Positions 37,554 through 46,832 of a stretch of DNA of 64,000 nt are shown here, one piece after another. This DNA comes from Paludibacteraceae bacterium. GTDB lineage: Bacteria > Bacteroidota > Bacteroidia > Bacteroidales > Paludibacteraceae. The position numbers were made by a program, and so were the translations under genes. Numbering within the stretch: position 1 is the first letter of the stretch; every line of letters starts with the position of its first letter. A model generated the notes under the pieces. That model did not search any database and was not told the origin of the DNA. It worked only from the letters and a program-made list of their open reading frames with translations. Where the stretch lies: the NCBI GenBank assembly GCA_016283095.1, contig JAEEMG010000062.1:4694-68693 (forward strand), in the 5' to 3' direction.

Positions 37554-38909
37554 ATGAAGATTAATACAACGTATTTGTTAGGTGTAATGACAATAGAAAG
37601 TATGGTTTTCTGTGCATCGTGTGTTGACAATCATGCTTCGTATTGTTATGAAGATTGGAATACTAAATTAGTTGAATATCACAACTCGAAATTTTCAAAT
37701 GACGAGGAAAAGTTGAAAGAAGAGTTGGATGTTTATGTAGACTATTCAACTTGTATGAAACAAGCCAATGATGATCCTAATGGATTATTTAAACAACTTC
37801 TATTATCTCCAATACTTGGTGCTCATCCAAATTATTATTCCATAAAAGGTAACCAAATTCAGCAGGAATCTGAAGATCCTAATATTTTGTTTAGGAGTAT
37901 TGTAGAAACTCCGTATGCAGATTTGAAGGGAGCTATAGAAAAGATGGCTTCCTCAAATTGTGAATCTGTGTTGATGACAGATGGAGAATATGTATTGAAG
38001 GATACTAAGGCTAATTGGAATGAAGGGACTCCTTATATGGCGGAGGCAATGAAAAAATGGTTGCTTCGTGGTCATGACATCCATATTTTAGTTGAACCAT
38101 ATATTGAGTCATTCAAAGGCAAAAACTATAACAAAAAAAGATTTTATATCTTTTTTACAGATCGATGTCTAAAGAATAATGTTTATTCTAAAATTGCAGA
38201 TAGAATCAATAAAGATAATATGAAAATTGATTCTTATCATATTTCATGTTCTCATGTAGGCTTAAAAAAACAAAATGGTACATCTTCTGTTGCTAGTCAG
38301 ATGTTAGCGGCTAAAATCACACCAAAAGAATCATTTGAGATTCAAGAGTGGCAAGTATATTGGAAAACTATAGAGGAGTCGATGGTATATAGTAGTTTTG
38401 ATCCTATTACTGGTGCTCCTATGGAAAATAGTGCACAAGTTATATCTGGACTTAGTCTTGCTGAAGATTGTTTGCTTGGATTCAAAATTAAAGATGTGGA
38501 TATGAAAGCATACTCAATATCTGATGAATTTTCTGTGTTTGCAGATTCTTCATTATTCAAGTACATTGGAGAAGCGTTCGAGGTTAAAGATTTTGTCACA
38601 CTTGACTCAAAAGAATTAAGTCAGGGAAACATATCTGTAATGTTTGCAAATCAGAATCAATACAATCCTTTGTTTATGATTAGTTCTCCATATAATTACC
38701 TTAGATTAGACTTTTATATTGGAACTGCAGAATCAACTATAGATAGTTATAAAAATATGTTCTGCTTTGACGATATCACAAAACCAGAACAACCGAATAC
38801 ATCTGTCTACGAAAGCATCAAGCAGTGTATGGACGATGCAGATATTTTGAGTAAGGTGAATGGTGCTCATTTGTATTCAATATATGTACAGTCTCCAAAT
38901 CGTGAATAA
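37554..38909 (+). CDS. Putative lipoprotein with vWA-like domain (operon gene 1)
   Basis: Signal peptide plus lipobox (MKINTTYLLGVMTIESMVFCASC). vWA-like strand/motif order VYVDYSTCM ... ADLKGAIEKM ... VLMTDGE ... IHILVEP. ATG at 37554 lies downstream of the leader terminator. Confidence 0.55.
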   Translation: MKINTTYLLGVMTIESMVFCASCVDNHASYCYEDWNTKLVEYHNSKFSNDEEKLKEELDVYVDYSTCMKQANDDPNGLFKQLLLSPILGAHPNYYSIKGNQIQQESEDPNILFRSIVETPYADLKGAIEKMASSNCESVLMTDGEYVLKDTKANWNEGTPYMAEAMKKWLLRGHDIHILVEPYIESFKGKNYNKKRFYIFFTDRCLKNNVYSKIADRINKDNMKIDSYHISCSHVGLKKQNGTSSVASQMLAAKITPKESFEIQEWQVYWKTIEESMVYSSFDPITGAPMENSAQVISGLSLAEDCLLGFKIKDVDMKAYSISDEFSVFADSSLFKYIGEAFEVKDFVTLDSKELSQGNISVMFANQNQYNPLFMISSPYNYLRLDFYIGTAESTIDSYKNMFCFDDITKPEQPNTSVYESIKQCMDDADILSKVNGAHLYSIYVQSPNRE

Positions 38910-38938
38910 TTCAATTTTAATTAATAAACTTTAATATT

Positions 38939-39385
38939 ATGAGTAGCTTGATTTTAGGTATTAAACCATTGTTTGTCTTTTTGTGGACAGTAATCATACC
39001 TGACAAAATTTTGACATTGCAGCAATTGCAGGATGTCCAGCAGAACGAGTTTTTTTTAGCGGTTTGTTGGTCTTTAACGGCTTTGTTAATTTCATTAATA
39101 GTGTCTAATTTAATTGCTTTTCAAGGTGGAGATGATAAATCATACATAAAGAGAAGAGTTTGGCATATTATAATAGGAGTCCTATCTGTTATATATTTCT
39201 ACTATTTCTATTATTTGGAAGTTATTCCAAGAATAGCTAATCCAGGATTCCAGTCGATGTTACATAAGACAAATTTGCAGTGCTTGGGTGTCACTTCAAG
39301 TGTGTATATTGTTGTAGGTCTAATCATTATGTTGTGCTGTAGACGTTCTAAATTTGGCTCTATTTTAGGTAAAGTAAAAGATTGA
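38939..39385 (+). CDS. Small 4-TM membrane protein (operon gene 2)
   Basis: 148 aa with four hydrophobic helices. 29 nt after gene 1 and 4 nt before gene 3. Confidence 0.55.
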   Translation: MSSLILGIKPLFVFLWTVIIPDKILTLQQLQDVQQNEFFLAVCWSLTALLISLIVSNLIAFQGGDDKSYIKRRVWHIIIGVLSVIYFYYFYYLEVIPRIANPGFQSMLHKTNLQCLGVTSSVYIVVGLIIMLCCRRSKFGSILGKVKD

Positions 39386-39389
39386 TATT

Positions 39390-40982
39390 ATGGCAGATTT
39401 TTTTGTTCTAGGTATAGGTGGTACTGGAATGCGTTGTATCGAAAGTCTCATTCATTTATGTGCAATGGGAATGTTCGATGACACAACCATTCATCTTCTT
39501 GCTCTAGATACCGATAAAAATAACGGTAATTTTAAGAGACTAAAAGATCTTAAAGATGCTTATGTAAAAGCAAAAGGAGGAAAAAATCCTTTATCAAAAA
39601 CGTTTTTCTCTGCGGCTATTGAGTACTATGAATTTAGCCCAAACTATCAGAGCAATAGCAATTTTGTCGAGAGATTTGACTATACAATTACACAGCAAAA
39701 GAACAGGCATAGATCAGATCTTGCTGATTTAGTATTGACAGAAAATGTTGAGAAGTTCAATCTTGATCACGGATATAGAGCACAAACACATCTTGGATCA
39801 ATGATGATGTATCATTCCATTGTCGAGATGGCAGATAAGGATTGTGATTTGACCAAGTTCCTTGACAAATTCGCTCAAAGTGCCAAAAATGGAGCTAAAA
39901 TGTTCATTTTAGGATCAGTTTTTGGAGGAACAGGGGCGTCTTCAATTCCTATTATTCCATTAGCATTCAAGGATACAATCGCAAAGAGAAGTGGTGACGT
40001 ATCTGATATCATACAAAGTGCATATTTTGGAGCTACTCTTTTGACTGCATATATTACATTTAAGACTCCTAATGAGGACCAGTTAAGGAAGGAAAAAATT
40101 GTGGCAACAAGTGATAAGTTTGATATTAATTCTCAGATTGCTATGATGTTTTATAATGCTGATCCTACAGTTCGCAATGCATACAGCAGATTTTATATGT
40201 TGGGATGCGACTCAAAATGGGATCCAATGAGTCGCCAAGAAGGAAAGATGGCTGAAACACTAACTGGAGGAGCTTCGCAGGAGAACGATTCACATTATAT
40301 TGAACTTATGGCTGCGTGTGCTGCTTTGGATTTTTATAAAACAGATGAAGCAACATTAAAGAAAACTAATGACGGACCACAATATCTTTATAGAGCAGTA
40401 GATGAGTCTGGAAAACTTGATTTTCAAGATTTTGTTGATACAGAAGATGAGAAATCTTTTGCTCAAAGATTCGGCACGTTGATTGCTTTTTCTTTGTTCT
40501 GTAATGGAGATGATGATTTTGTGTCAAAAATCCAGGAAAAAAAGCATGTTGAAATTCAAGATTTTGGAGAAATTGACGTCAATCAAATAAAGTATCTAAA
40601 ACAGTATTTTGAATTATTTCATTGGAAAAAAACGGACAATTTGAAGGACGGTGAAGGTTGGCTTCGTCAGCTTCATCGTTCTGCAGGAGGTTCGGATAAG
40701 TTTTTGTTTAATCAGAATCTATTTTCCCCAACTACTCAAAAGGAGTTGATGGGATTAAAATGGAATAAAGAATTATATCGTTCTGAAGGACTTGGTAAAG
40801 ACAATAAATACGATTATGGTCTTGTCGGTTTGGGACTCGGAGGGTCAAAATTCGATGAGTTCAAAAAGAAATTTATTGAATACTACAAAAAAGGAGATAA
40901 AGGTCAGAGTGAGAATAAGGGAGAACAGTTATACAAACTTGTTTTTGATACTCTTGCTTCATTGTATAAATTTGAAAAATAA
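39390..40982 (+). CDS. Tubulin/FtsZ-superfamily GTPase-like protein, distant (Tubulin_2 / FtsZ-like-1 type) (operon gene 3)
   Basis: N-terminal beta-strand plus Gly loop FFVLGIGGTGMRC (T1-like, 39411-39428). Second loop ILGSVFGGTGASSIPI (tubulin signature GGTG[SA]x, 39924-39941). Intervening DHGYRAQTHLG (T3-like). About 170-residue spacing, as in FtsZ/tubulin. Confidence 0.65.
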   Translation: MADFFVLGIGGTGMRCIESLIHLCAMGMFDDTTIHLLALDTDKNNGNFKRLKDLKDAYVKAKGGKNPLSKTFFSAAIEYYEFSPNYQSNSNFVERFDYTITQQKNRHRSDLADLVLTENVEKFNLDHGYRAQTHLGSMMMYHSIVEMADKDCDLTKFLDKFAQSAKNGAKMFILGSVFGGTGASSIPIIPLAFKDTIAKRSGDVSDIIQSAYFGATLLTAYITFKTPNEDQLRKEKIVATSDKFDINSQIAMMFYNADPTVRNAYSRFYMLGCDSKWDPMSRQEGKMAETLTGGASQENDSHYIELMAACAALDFYKTDEATLKKTNDGPQYLYRAVDESGKLDFQDFVDTEDEKSFAQRFGTLIAFSLFCNGDDDFVSKIQEKKHVEIQDFGEIDVNQIKYLKQYFELFHWKKTDNLKDGEGWLRQLHRSAGGSDKFLFNQNLFSPTTQKELMGLKWNKELYRSEGLGKDNKYDYGLVGLGLGGSKFDEFKKKFIEYYKKGDKGQSENKGEQLYKLVFDTLASLYKFEK

Positions 40983-40988
40983 TAGATT

Positions 40989-43900
40989 ATGTCAACAAAA
41001 GCACTTTTGATAGGTAGCACAAGTGGAGCTGCTGCAAGCGGACAGGGCCAATGGCATGTCTATGATAAAATTACATCTTTCATCGAAGGCATCAAAGCTG
41101 GTGTTTTGAAAGAAGGTGAGACTTTGGATGTTAAGAAGGTAGAGACTCTTATCTCGGGTATGCCAACTCCATGGGCTAGAGCTAAATTGTTTGGTTTGGC
41201 TTTTAAGCCAGTCACTGATAGCAAGAACAATAATACTGTAATCACTAAGTATTACGAACAGCTAATTGAAGAATGGCGTGGATTAATTACTCTTTTAGCT
41301 CTTTATGCTGATACAGACAGAATAAAGATTTCTGAACCAGTGGAAATGGATACAAATGCAGGTGTTTATGATATTACTGCTGCATTTGGACGCATGCTTT
41401 TTGATGATCGCAGTTTATGGTGCGACCAGGATGCATTGGAGAAAGACAAAAATGCTCAGCCTTTTATTCATTTGATTTATTACAAGGGTAAATTGGTTGG
41501 AGGAACATCTCCTTATACCGGTGTGTTTACAGGAGTATGTTACGATAAACTTGATTCTACCGATATTTCAGCTTGGTACAAAGACGGTAAGTTCCAGGAT
41601 CCTACTAAGCATCTAAATTCTGATCAATTACAGAAATTGTATCTATTTGTTCTCAATCTTTCAGAAAATGTAGAGAGTTTTGTGAATAAGATTTATGGTA
41701 CAGATGGTGATACCAGAAAAGTCGCCTTAAATAACTTTATTGAACAACTAAAGATCTGGAAAAAAGAGATAGAGAATAAGGGCTCAAATCTTCAAGATAA
41801 TGGACCTATTGCTAAACTTTCAGGACTTTCAGTTCCGTTCTCGTTGTTGTTTAAAAGTGATGTTCCTGTTTGCCTAAAGACAGATGGTTCATTCTCTTTC
41901 TCATTTGAGAATGGTGCAGAAAAACTTAATGACATACAAGAAATCTTAAATGATTCTGATTGGGTATTGGGTTGGACTGAAAATAGTGATGAAATGAATA
42001 AACTTTCAGATGCTCCAGTATATTATTTGAAGGTTAATAATATTGAAGATAATTCATCTGCGTATTTTACAGTTCCTTTGTCTCAGAAGGGTATTTCCAT
42101 CTTTAGAAATTGTCTTTCTAGTGTTTTAGGATATAGCACAGAAGGAAAGTCAAAGATGGTAGGTAGAATATCGGGTGATATGTTAGCAGTCTCAATGACT
42201 ATTGAGATTGATGGAAAACAGGTTGCTCTAAACCAAAAAGAATACAAGATTGACTGGGTTTGTGGCTTGGGTAAGGTTATTGTGTGGCCAAACTTTATGT
42301 CATCTAATTGGAACAAGTATTATTTGTATTCTGAATATACTCGTGTCGCACAAGAACAGTTTGATCCTTTTTTCTTTGATTTGACAAAAAATGATAAGAT
42401 TATTAAGGATAGACATAACAATTTCTTAACAGCACGTTATGTATATGATCCATCAGAAACAAAACTTGTTGATATAAATCATTTGGTAGAGTATCCTAAT
42501 GATTGCAGTGAAGAAAAAGCAAAGTATAATATATGGAATTCCGACAAACCTTTTGGTGGGTTGATTGCATATACTTCAGAGAACGGCAAAGAAAAAAATG
42601 CTGGATATTTGATTGTACGTCATGATCAAGTAAAGGACTTGTCGAACGATGCAATAATGGATACGGCTGAGGTAGGAATAGATTTCGGAAGCAACAATAC
42701 ATGTATATACTACAAGATGTCTTCACAGAATGATCCTAAACCGATAGAGTTTAAAAATTTTAGAGCAGTTTTGGTTGGTAAAGAGAATAACAATCCTCAC
42801 TCAAATGCAAATGCAGATGAGTTATTCTTTTTCACTAATTATGTTGTGTCAAACGGACAGTTCAAGTCTTGGTTGCATGAACATGATTCTCAATATGTAA
42901 GTAATAATTCTGCTGCAGAAATTGCAGGAGGAGTTCCTGTTAATCGTCCAAATGTTCAGGTTGTGGATATGGACGAGTATGCTATTACTACTCAGGTAGG
43001 AAAGTTGAACTACAACATGAAGTGGCTTAACGATGATGCTGGATTGAACAAAAAGGGTGCATTCCTTAAATCGTTGTGGTTGCAAACTTGTGCGTTCTTG
43101 TATGTGAATAGAATAACACCAAACAAATTGTATTGGAGTTATCCAGGGGCAATGATGGAGTCGGATATCAACAATCTAGACAAAAGAATGGAGAATTTAA
43201 CTAAATCTTTGCCAATTTTAGGAGCAAAAGTGTCGTTGGAGGATCCAAATACAGAAGCAGAAGCTGTGTGTAAATATGCGTTATCCCAACCCTTTGGATT
43301 GTCTAATGATAATATTTTTCTAGGAATTGATGTAGGAGGAAGTACAAGTGACATATTGTTGATAGCTAAAGATCCTTCAAATGGAAATAAAGAGACTCTT
43401 CTAAATGAAAGTTCTGTAAGATTGGCTGCTGGCGTTTTCTTCGGAGCGGTTAAGAATTCAGATGGTTTTAGAAATTCATTGGTAAAGTATCATGAAAGTG
43501 CTATAAATAAAAATGTGTTTGTTTCAAACATTAAGGAGGTAATCTCGAATAAAGGAAAAGCACCATATTTCTTGAATTGTATTTTTGATCAATTGCAACC
43601 ATCTGATTATGATGATTTCTATGATTCTATTTCAGAAAATTCAAAGCAGATATTTGCTATCCCTGCTTATGTGACAGGATTATTGTTGTTCTACTCTGGA
43701 ATGTTGATCGGAAACGTTGTAAAAGAAAGAAATATAGATAGAGTTTCTCGTGTTAAGGTAATGGCTTTTGGAAAAGGAGGACGTTTGTTCCATTGGCTTA
43801 AAGCAATCTCTTCTAGAAGTATGAATAGATATTATCAGAATTGCTTGAATGCAGGTGCTGAAATTATTTCTGGTAAGACTTTTGAGGTCACGTATGAAGA

Positions 43901-44378
43901 CTCTATAGCAGATAGTTGTAAGACTGAGGTTGCTTTCGGATTATGTTCTAATAATAGTTTTGAATCTGTCGACAAAAGCGTTCTTAAATCAGATATTTGT
44001 GGCGAAGAAGGTGTGAAATACACTACTGAATCAAATGATGAGATTTCTCTTGAAGCTTCGTCTAATTTGGATGCCAAATATTTTGAAGAATTGAATCGTT
44101 TAGATTTCACAAGCACTGCGAATTTTGAAAGGTTTGTTTCTATATTTATAAAGTATGTGAGCGAAGAAACAGACATATATCGTAGTGCCGAAACAGATTT
44201 AAGAAGTGATGTGGTGTCTTTGAGAGACGATATCGCAAATTTTATAAAGAGAGACGATGAGTATAAAAAGGCGGAGGCAATAAAGAGAAATAATGGAGAG
44301 TTTGCGTTCCATCAACCGATTATTATTGCAGAAGGTGCCGCATTTTTAAGAAAGTTTATTGATAAAGTATTTGCATAA
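40989..44378 (+). CDS. Giant (1129 aa) actin/Hsp70-fold ATPase-like protein with unrecognised N-terminal half (operon gene 4)
   Basis: Phosphate-1 VGIDFGSNNTCIYY (42675-42701), YWSYPGAM, phosphate-2 FLGIDVGGSTSDILLI (43323-43352), adenosine-like VMAFGKGGRLFHW (43764-43796), all in canonical order. Residues 1-560 match nothing I recognise. Confidence 0.65.
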   Translation: MSTKALLIGSTSGAAASGQGQWHVYDKITSFIEGIKAGVLKEGETLDVKKVETLISGMPTPWARAKLFGLAFKPVTDSKNNNTVITKYYEQLIEEWRGLITLLALYADTDRIKISEPVEMDTNAGVYDITAAFGRMLFDDRSLWCDQDALEKDKNAQPFIHLIYYKGKLVGGTSPYTGVFTGVCYDKLDSTDISAWYKDGKFQDPTKHLNSDQLQKLYLFVLNLSENVESFVNKIYGTDGDTRKVALNNFIEQLKIWKKEIENKGSNLQDNGPIAKLSGLSVPFSLLFKSDVPVCLKTDGSFSFSFENGAEKLNDIQEILNDSDWVLGWTENSDEMNKLSDAPVYYLKVNNIEDNSSAYFTVPLSQKGISIFRNCLSSVLGYSTEGKSKMVGRISGDMLAVSMTIEIDGKQVALNQKEYKIDWVCGLGKVIVWPNFMSSNWNKYYLYSEYTRVAQEQFDPFFFDLTKNDKIIKDRHNNFLTARYVYDPSETKLVDINHLVEYPNDCSEEKAKYNIWNSDKPFGGLIAYTSENGKEKNAGYLIVRHDQVKDLSNDAIMDTAEVGIDFGSNNTCIYYKMSSQNDPKPIEFKNFRAVLVGKENNNPHSNANADELFFFTNYVVSNGQFKSWLHEHDSQYVSNNSAAEIAGGVPVNRPNVQVVDMDEYAITTQVGKLNYNMKWLNDDAGLNKKGAFLKSLWLQTCAFLYVNRITPNKLYWSYPGAMMESDINNLDKRMENLTKSLPILGAKVSLEDPNTEAEAVCKYALSQPFGLSNDNIFLGIDVGGSTSDILLIAKDPSNGNKETLLNESSVRLAAGVFFGAVKNSDGFRNSLVKYHESAINKNVFVSNIKEVISNKGKAPYFLNCIFDQLQPSDYDDFYDSISENSKQIFAIPAYVTGLLLFYSGMLIGNVVKERNIDRVSRVKVMAFGKGGRLFHWLKAISSRSMNRYYQNCLNAGAEIISGKTFEVTYEDSIADSCKTEVAFGLCSNNSFESVDKSVLKSDICGEEGVKYTTESNDEISLEASSNLDAKYFEELNRLDFTSTANFERFVSIFIKYVSEETDIYRSAETDLRSDVVSLRDDIANFIKRDDEYKKAEAIKRNNGEFAFHQPIIIAEGAAFLRKFIDKVFA

Positions 44379-44380
44379 TT

Positions 44381-46810
44381 GTGGAGTTTCTTTCTTTATA
44401 CATAGATAGGTACTATATCATTGGTAATATTGTATCCGCAGAGATTACAGACGATGGGTCATATAATCTTTGCGGTTACAAACCATTGCATTTATCTAAT
44501 TCTGAAGACCGAATTTGGTTGTATTTTTTTGAAGATGTATCTGCAGACATGATAACCTATGGGTTGTCAAATAAAATTCATTGTGATAATAAAGAGCTAC
44601 ACTATTTTGAAGGTAGTGTGTTTGACAATATAGTCAATAAATATTCACAATATAAGTTAAGAGGTGTCTCAAAAGATATGAGTTCCATATTTGAGGATTC
44701 AAAAATATTTGAAGACTTAAAGTCTGGATTCAATAATAAAAGGTATATAGAAACATACGTTTCTTATTCGAATGACATACCAGTTTCTGCTAAAAATTTG
44801 TTTAATGAACTATTAATAAAAAATGGTTTTGTATTAAAGCAGTATATCGCCAGAATCGAAGAATTGACCAAAGAAAAACTTTGTCATAAAGAGGATTATG
44901 TAATAGTTCTTTCAGCATGTGATGAAAACCTTAATATATTGTTATTCGATAGAGGTTTGACTTCAACAAAACAGTTGAAAGGGAAAGGTTTGGATTTGCG
45001 TCAAAAAGCACTTGTTAAATTAGCTGTATCCAATATTAACAAAACAGCACATGTTTTAAGGTCGCAGGATGAAATAGATGATGAGATTATAAGATTGATG
45101 CCATATTCGAAGATTTGGCTGACTAAACTGGATTCGTCATCAATGCCAATTAAACTTGATATAGCTTTTGCTGTAGATCCGAATACGATACATTCTCCTC
45201 AGTTAAAAAAAATAGACGTAGAAGGTTATACAAGAGATTTAATTAAAGAATTGTCTTCGTATATTCATGAATATGTTGCAAAGAATGACGTGGATGAACA
45301 TCAGATTCAGAGAGTTATACTTATCGGTGAAATATTCAATAATGATTCTTTTAGGCAAGAGGTCTTAAGTAAATATTCGTGTGCTTATAATTGCGTTTCG
45401 GTTTCTGATTTGCCATCTATAGTGTCTTATTATACTCAGATGGATTGTTCAAAGTATGAGACAGAAAATACAGCTTTTGTAACTAGAGCAAAAAAAGATC
45501 TAGAAGAGAAACACAAAAATCAGGAACTTCAATTAAGAAAAGAACAAATTTCTCTTCAATCAGAAAAAGAAAGAGATTTAGCTATTGCACAGGCAGAAGC
45601 AAGAAAACAATTTGATTCCTTTAAGAATAAATACCAAGAAGCGGCAAGAGAATTAAGATGGAAAGATGCTATTGATTTTGCAGAAAAGACGAAATGGGCA
45701 TTGGATAAGAAAGATTTAGAATACTCATCGAAAATTGCATATATCGATGGTGATATAGATGAGTATAGAAAAAAATTATCCGAGCAAGAGTATAAATTTG
45801 AAATTTTTAAGAAAGAAATTAAATTGGCTCGAGAATTCTTTGATAATCAAAATTGGGAAGATGCAATAAAACATGCAGATAAGGCTTTGGATGCAAATCC
45901 AGAAGCAGAGGACGCTAAAAGATACATTGTTGAATCTCGAAATAAAATAGCAGAGAAGGGTAAAATTAAGGAATATATCACAAGAGCAACGTTACTTCTT
46001 GGTCAGAAAAATTATGCAGAAGCTTTGGAGGAAGTCGAAGATGGTTTGAAACTCGAACGTGCTAATGATGAATTACTTTCCTTAAAAAACGAAATCACCT
46101 TAAAAGAAAACGATTTTAAGGTTAAGGTTGAGGAACTATCTGGAAGATTAGAGTCTGCAATTTTAAATAAAGAATTAGATTTGGCATTGAACATAATTGC
46201 TGAATTAATTGAATTTGACAATGCTCACTCTGCTAAATGGTTTGACAAAAAAAATGAGGTTAGAGAATTAATTAGAGATAAAGAACAGTTTGAAAATAAG
46301 CTAAAGGTTATAAAATCAGACATCGATTTAGCGTACAAGCTAAAACAATGGGAGAAGGTCCTGTCTTTATGTTCGAATTATTTGTCTAATAAGGATGATT
46401 CCGAAGTGGCTAAAATTAAAAGAGAATCAGAAGCAAGGATCGAAGAAATTAACCAAACTAATAAAATAGTTGACCTATTCGAAGAAATTGATTCTCTTAT
46501 TTCTGAAAAAAAGTACTCTATTGCAGAGAAAAAAGTAAAGTTCCTTCAGTCGGAGTATCCTGAGGAGAGAGAGCGATGCAAAAAAATGATTGGAAAAATA
46601 TTTGATTTAGAAGACGAAGAAGATCGTAAGATAAGAGATAAAAATAGAGGAAGTGAAGATAAATCCGATTCAGATGATTTCTTTAACGAAAAACCTAAAA
46701 AAAAGACAAAAGTTAACATAGATTGTTATGATGATGATTTCTTTAATGAGAAACCTCAAAAAAGAGTAAATGTAAATAAGAACAGTTCTGATGACGATTT
46801 TGATTTTTAA
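44381..46810 (+). CDS. Degenerate actin/Hsp70-fold domain fused to periodic TPR-like/coiled-coil repeats and an acidic-aromatic repeat tail (operon gene 5)
   Basis: GTG start 2 nt after the gene 4 stop. N-terminal approx. 350 aa has relics of the fold (LYIDRYYIIG, VIVLSACDENLNILLFD, RVILIGEIFNNDSFRQ). Six modules (WKDAIDFAEK, NWEDAIKHADKAL, NYAEALEEVEDGL, ELDLALNIIAEL, QWEKVLSLCSNYL, KYSIAEKKVKFL) recur every 53-64 aa. The tail has DDFFNEKPKKK / DDDFFNEKPQKR / DDDFDF. Confidence 0.55.
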   Translation: MEFLSLYIDRYYIIGNIVSAEITDDGSYNLCGYKPLHLSNSEDRIWLYFFEDVSADMITYGLSNKIHCDNKELHYFEGSVFDNIVNKYSQYKLRGVSKDMSSIFEDSKIFEDLKSGFNNKRYIETYVSYSNDIPVSAKNLFNELLIKNGFVLKQYIARIEELTKEKLCHKEDYVIVLSACDENLNILLFDRGLTSTKQLKGKGLDLRQKALVKLAVSNINKTAHVLRSQDEIDDEIIRLMPYSKIWLTKLDSSSMPIKLDIAFAVDPNTIHSPQLKKIDVEGYTRDLIKELSSYIHEYVAKNDVDEHQIQRVILIGEIFNNDSFRQEVLSKYSCAYNCVSVSDLPSIVSYYTQMDCSKYETENTAFVTRAKKDLEEKHKNQELQLRKEQISLQSEKERDLAIAQAEARKQFDSFKNKYQEAARELRWKDAIDFAEKTKWALDKKDLEYSSKIAYIDGDIDEYRKKLSEQEYKFEIFKKEIKLAREFFDNQNWEDAIKHADKALDANPEAEDAKRYIVESRNKIAEKGKIKEYITRATLLLGQKNYAEALEEVEDGLKLERANDELLSLKNEITLKENDFKVKVEELSGRLESAILNKELDLALNIIAELIEFDNAHSAKWFDKKNEVRELIRDKEQFENKLKVIKSDIDLAYKLKQWEKVLSLCSNYLSNKDDSEVAKIKRESEARIEEINQTNKIVDLFEEIDSLISEKKYSIAEKKVKFLQSEYPEERERCKKMIGKIFDLEDEEDRKIRDKNRGSEDKSDSDDFFNEKPKKKTKVNIDCYDDDFFNEKPQKRVNVNKNSSDDDFDF
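46673..46807 (+). repeat. 60-nt periodic coding repeat (gatgatttctttaa[c/t]ga[a/g]aaacct...) giving three DDFF/DDDF motifs at the C-terminus of gene 5
   Basis: gatgatttctttaa occurs at 46673 and 46733; a related gatgacgattttgatttt occurs at 46790. Confidence 0.8.
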
Positions 46811-46832
46811 CGAAATTTAAAAAATATTAAAT

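Noticed and set aside
37295-37630. 111-aa minus-strand ORF across the leader region
   Set aside because: It spans the promoter-proximal structured region and the start of gene 1. The G-U-containing helices are only consistent with a plus-strand RNA, and the ORF has no coding-like features.
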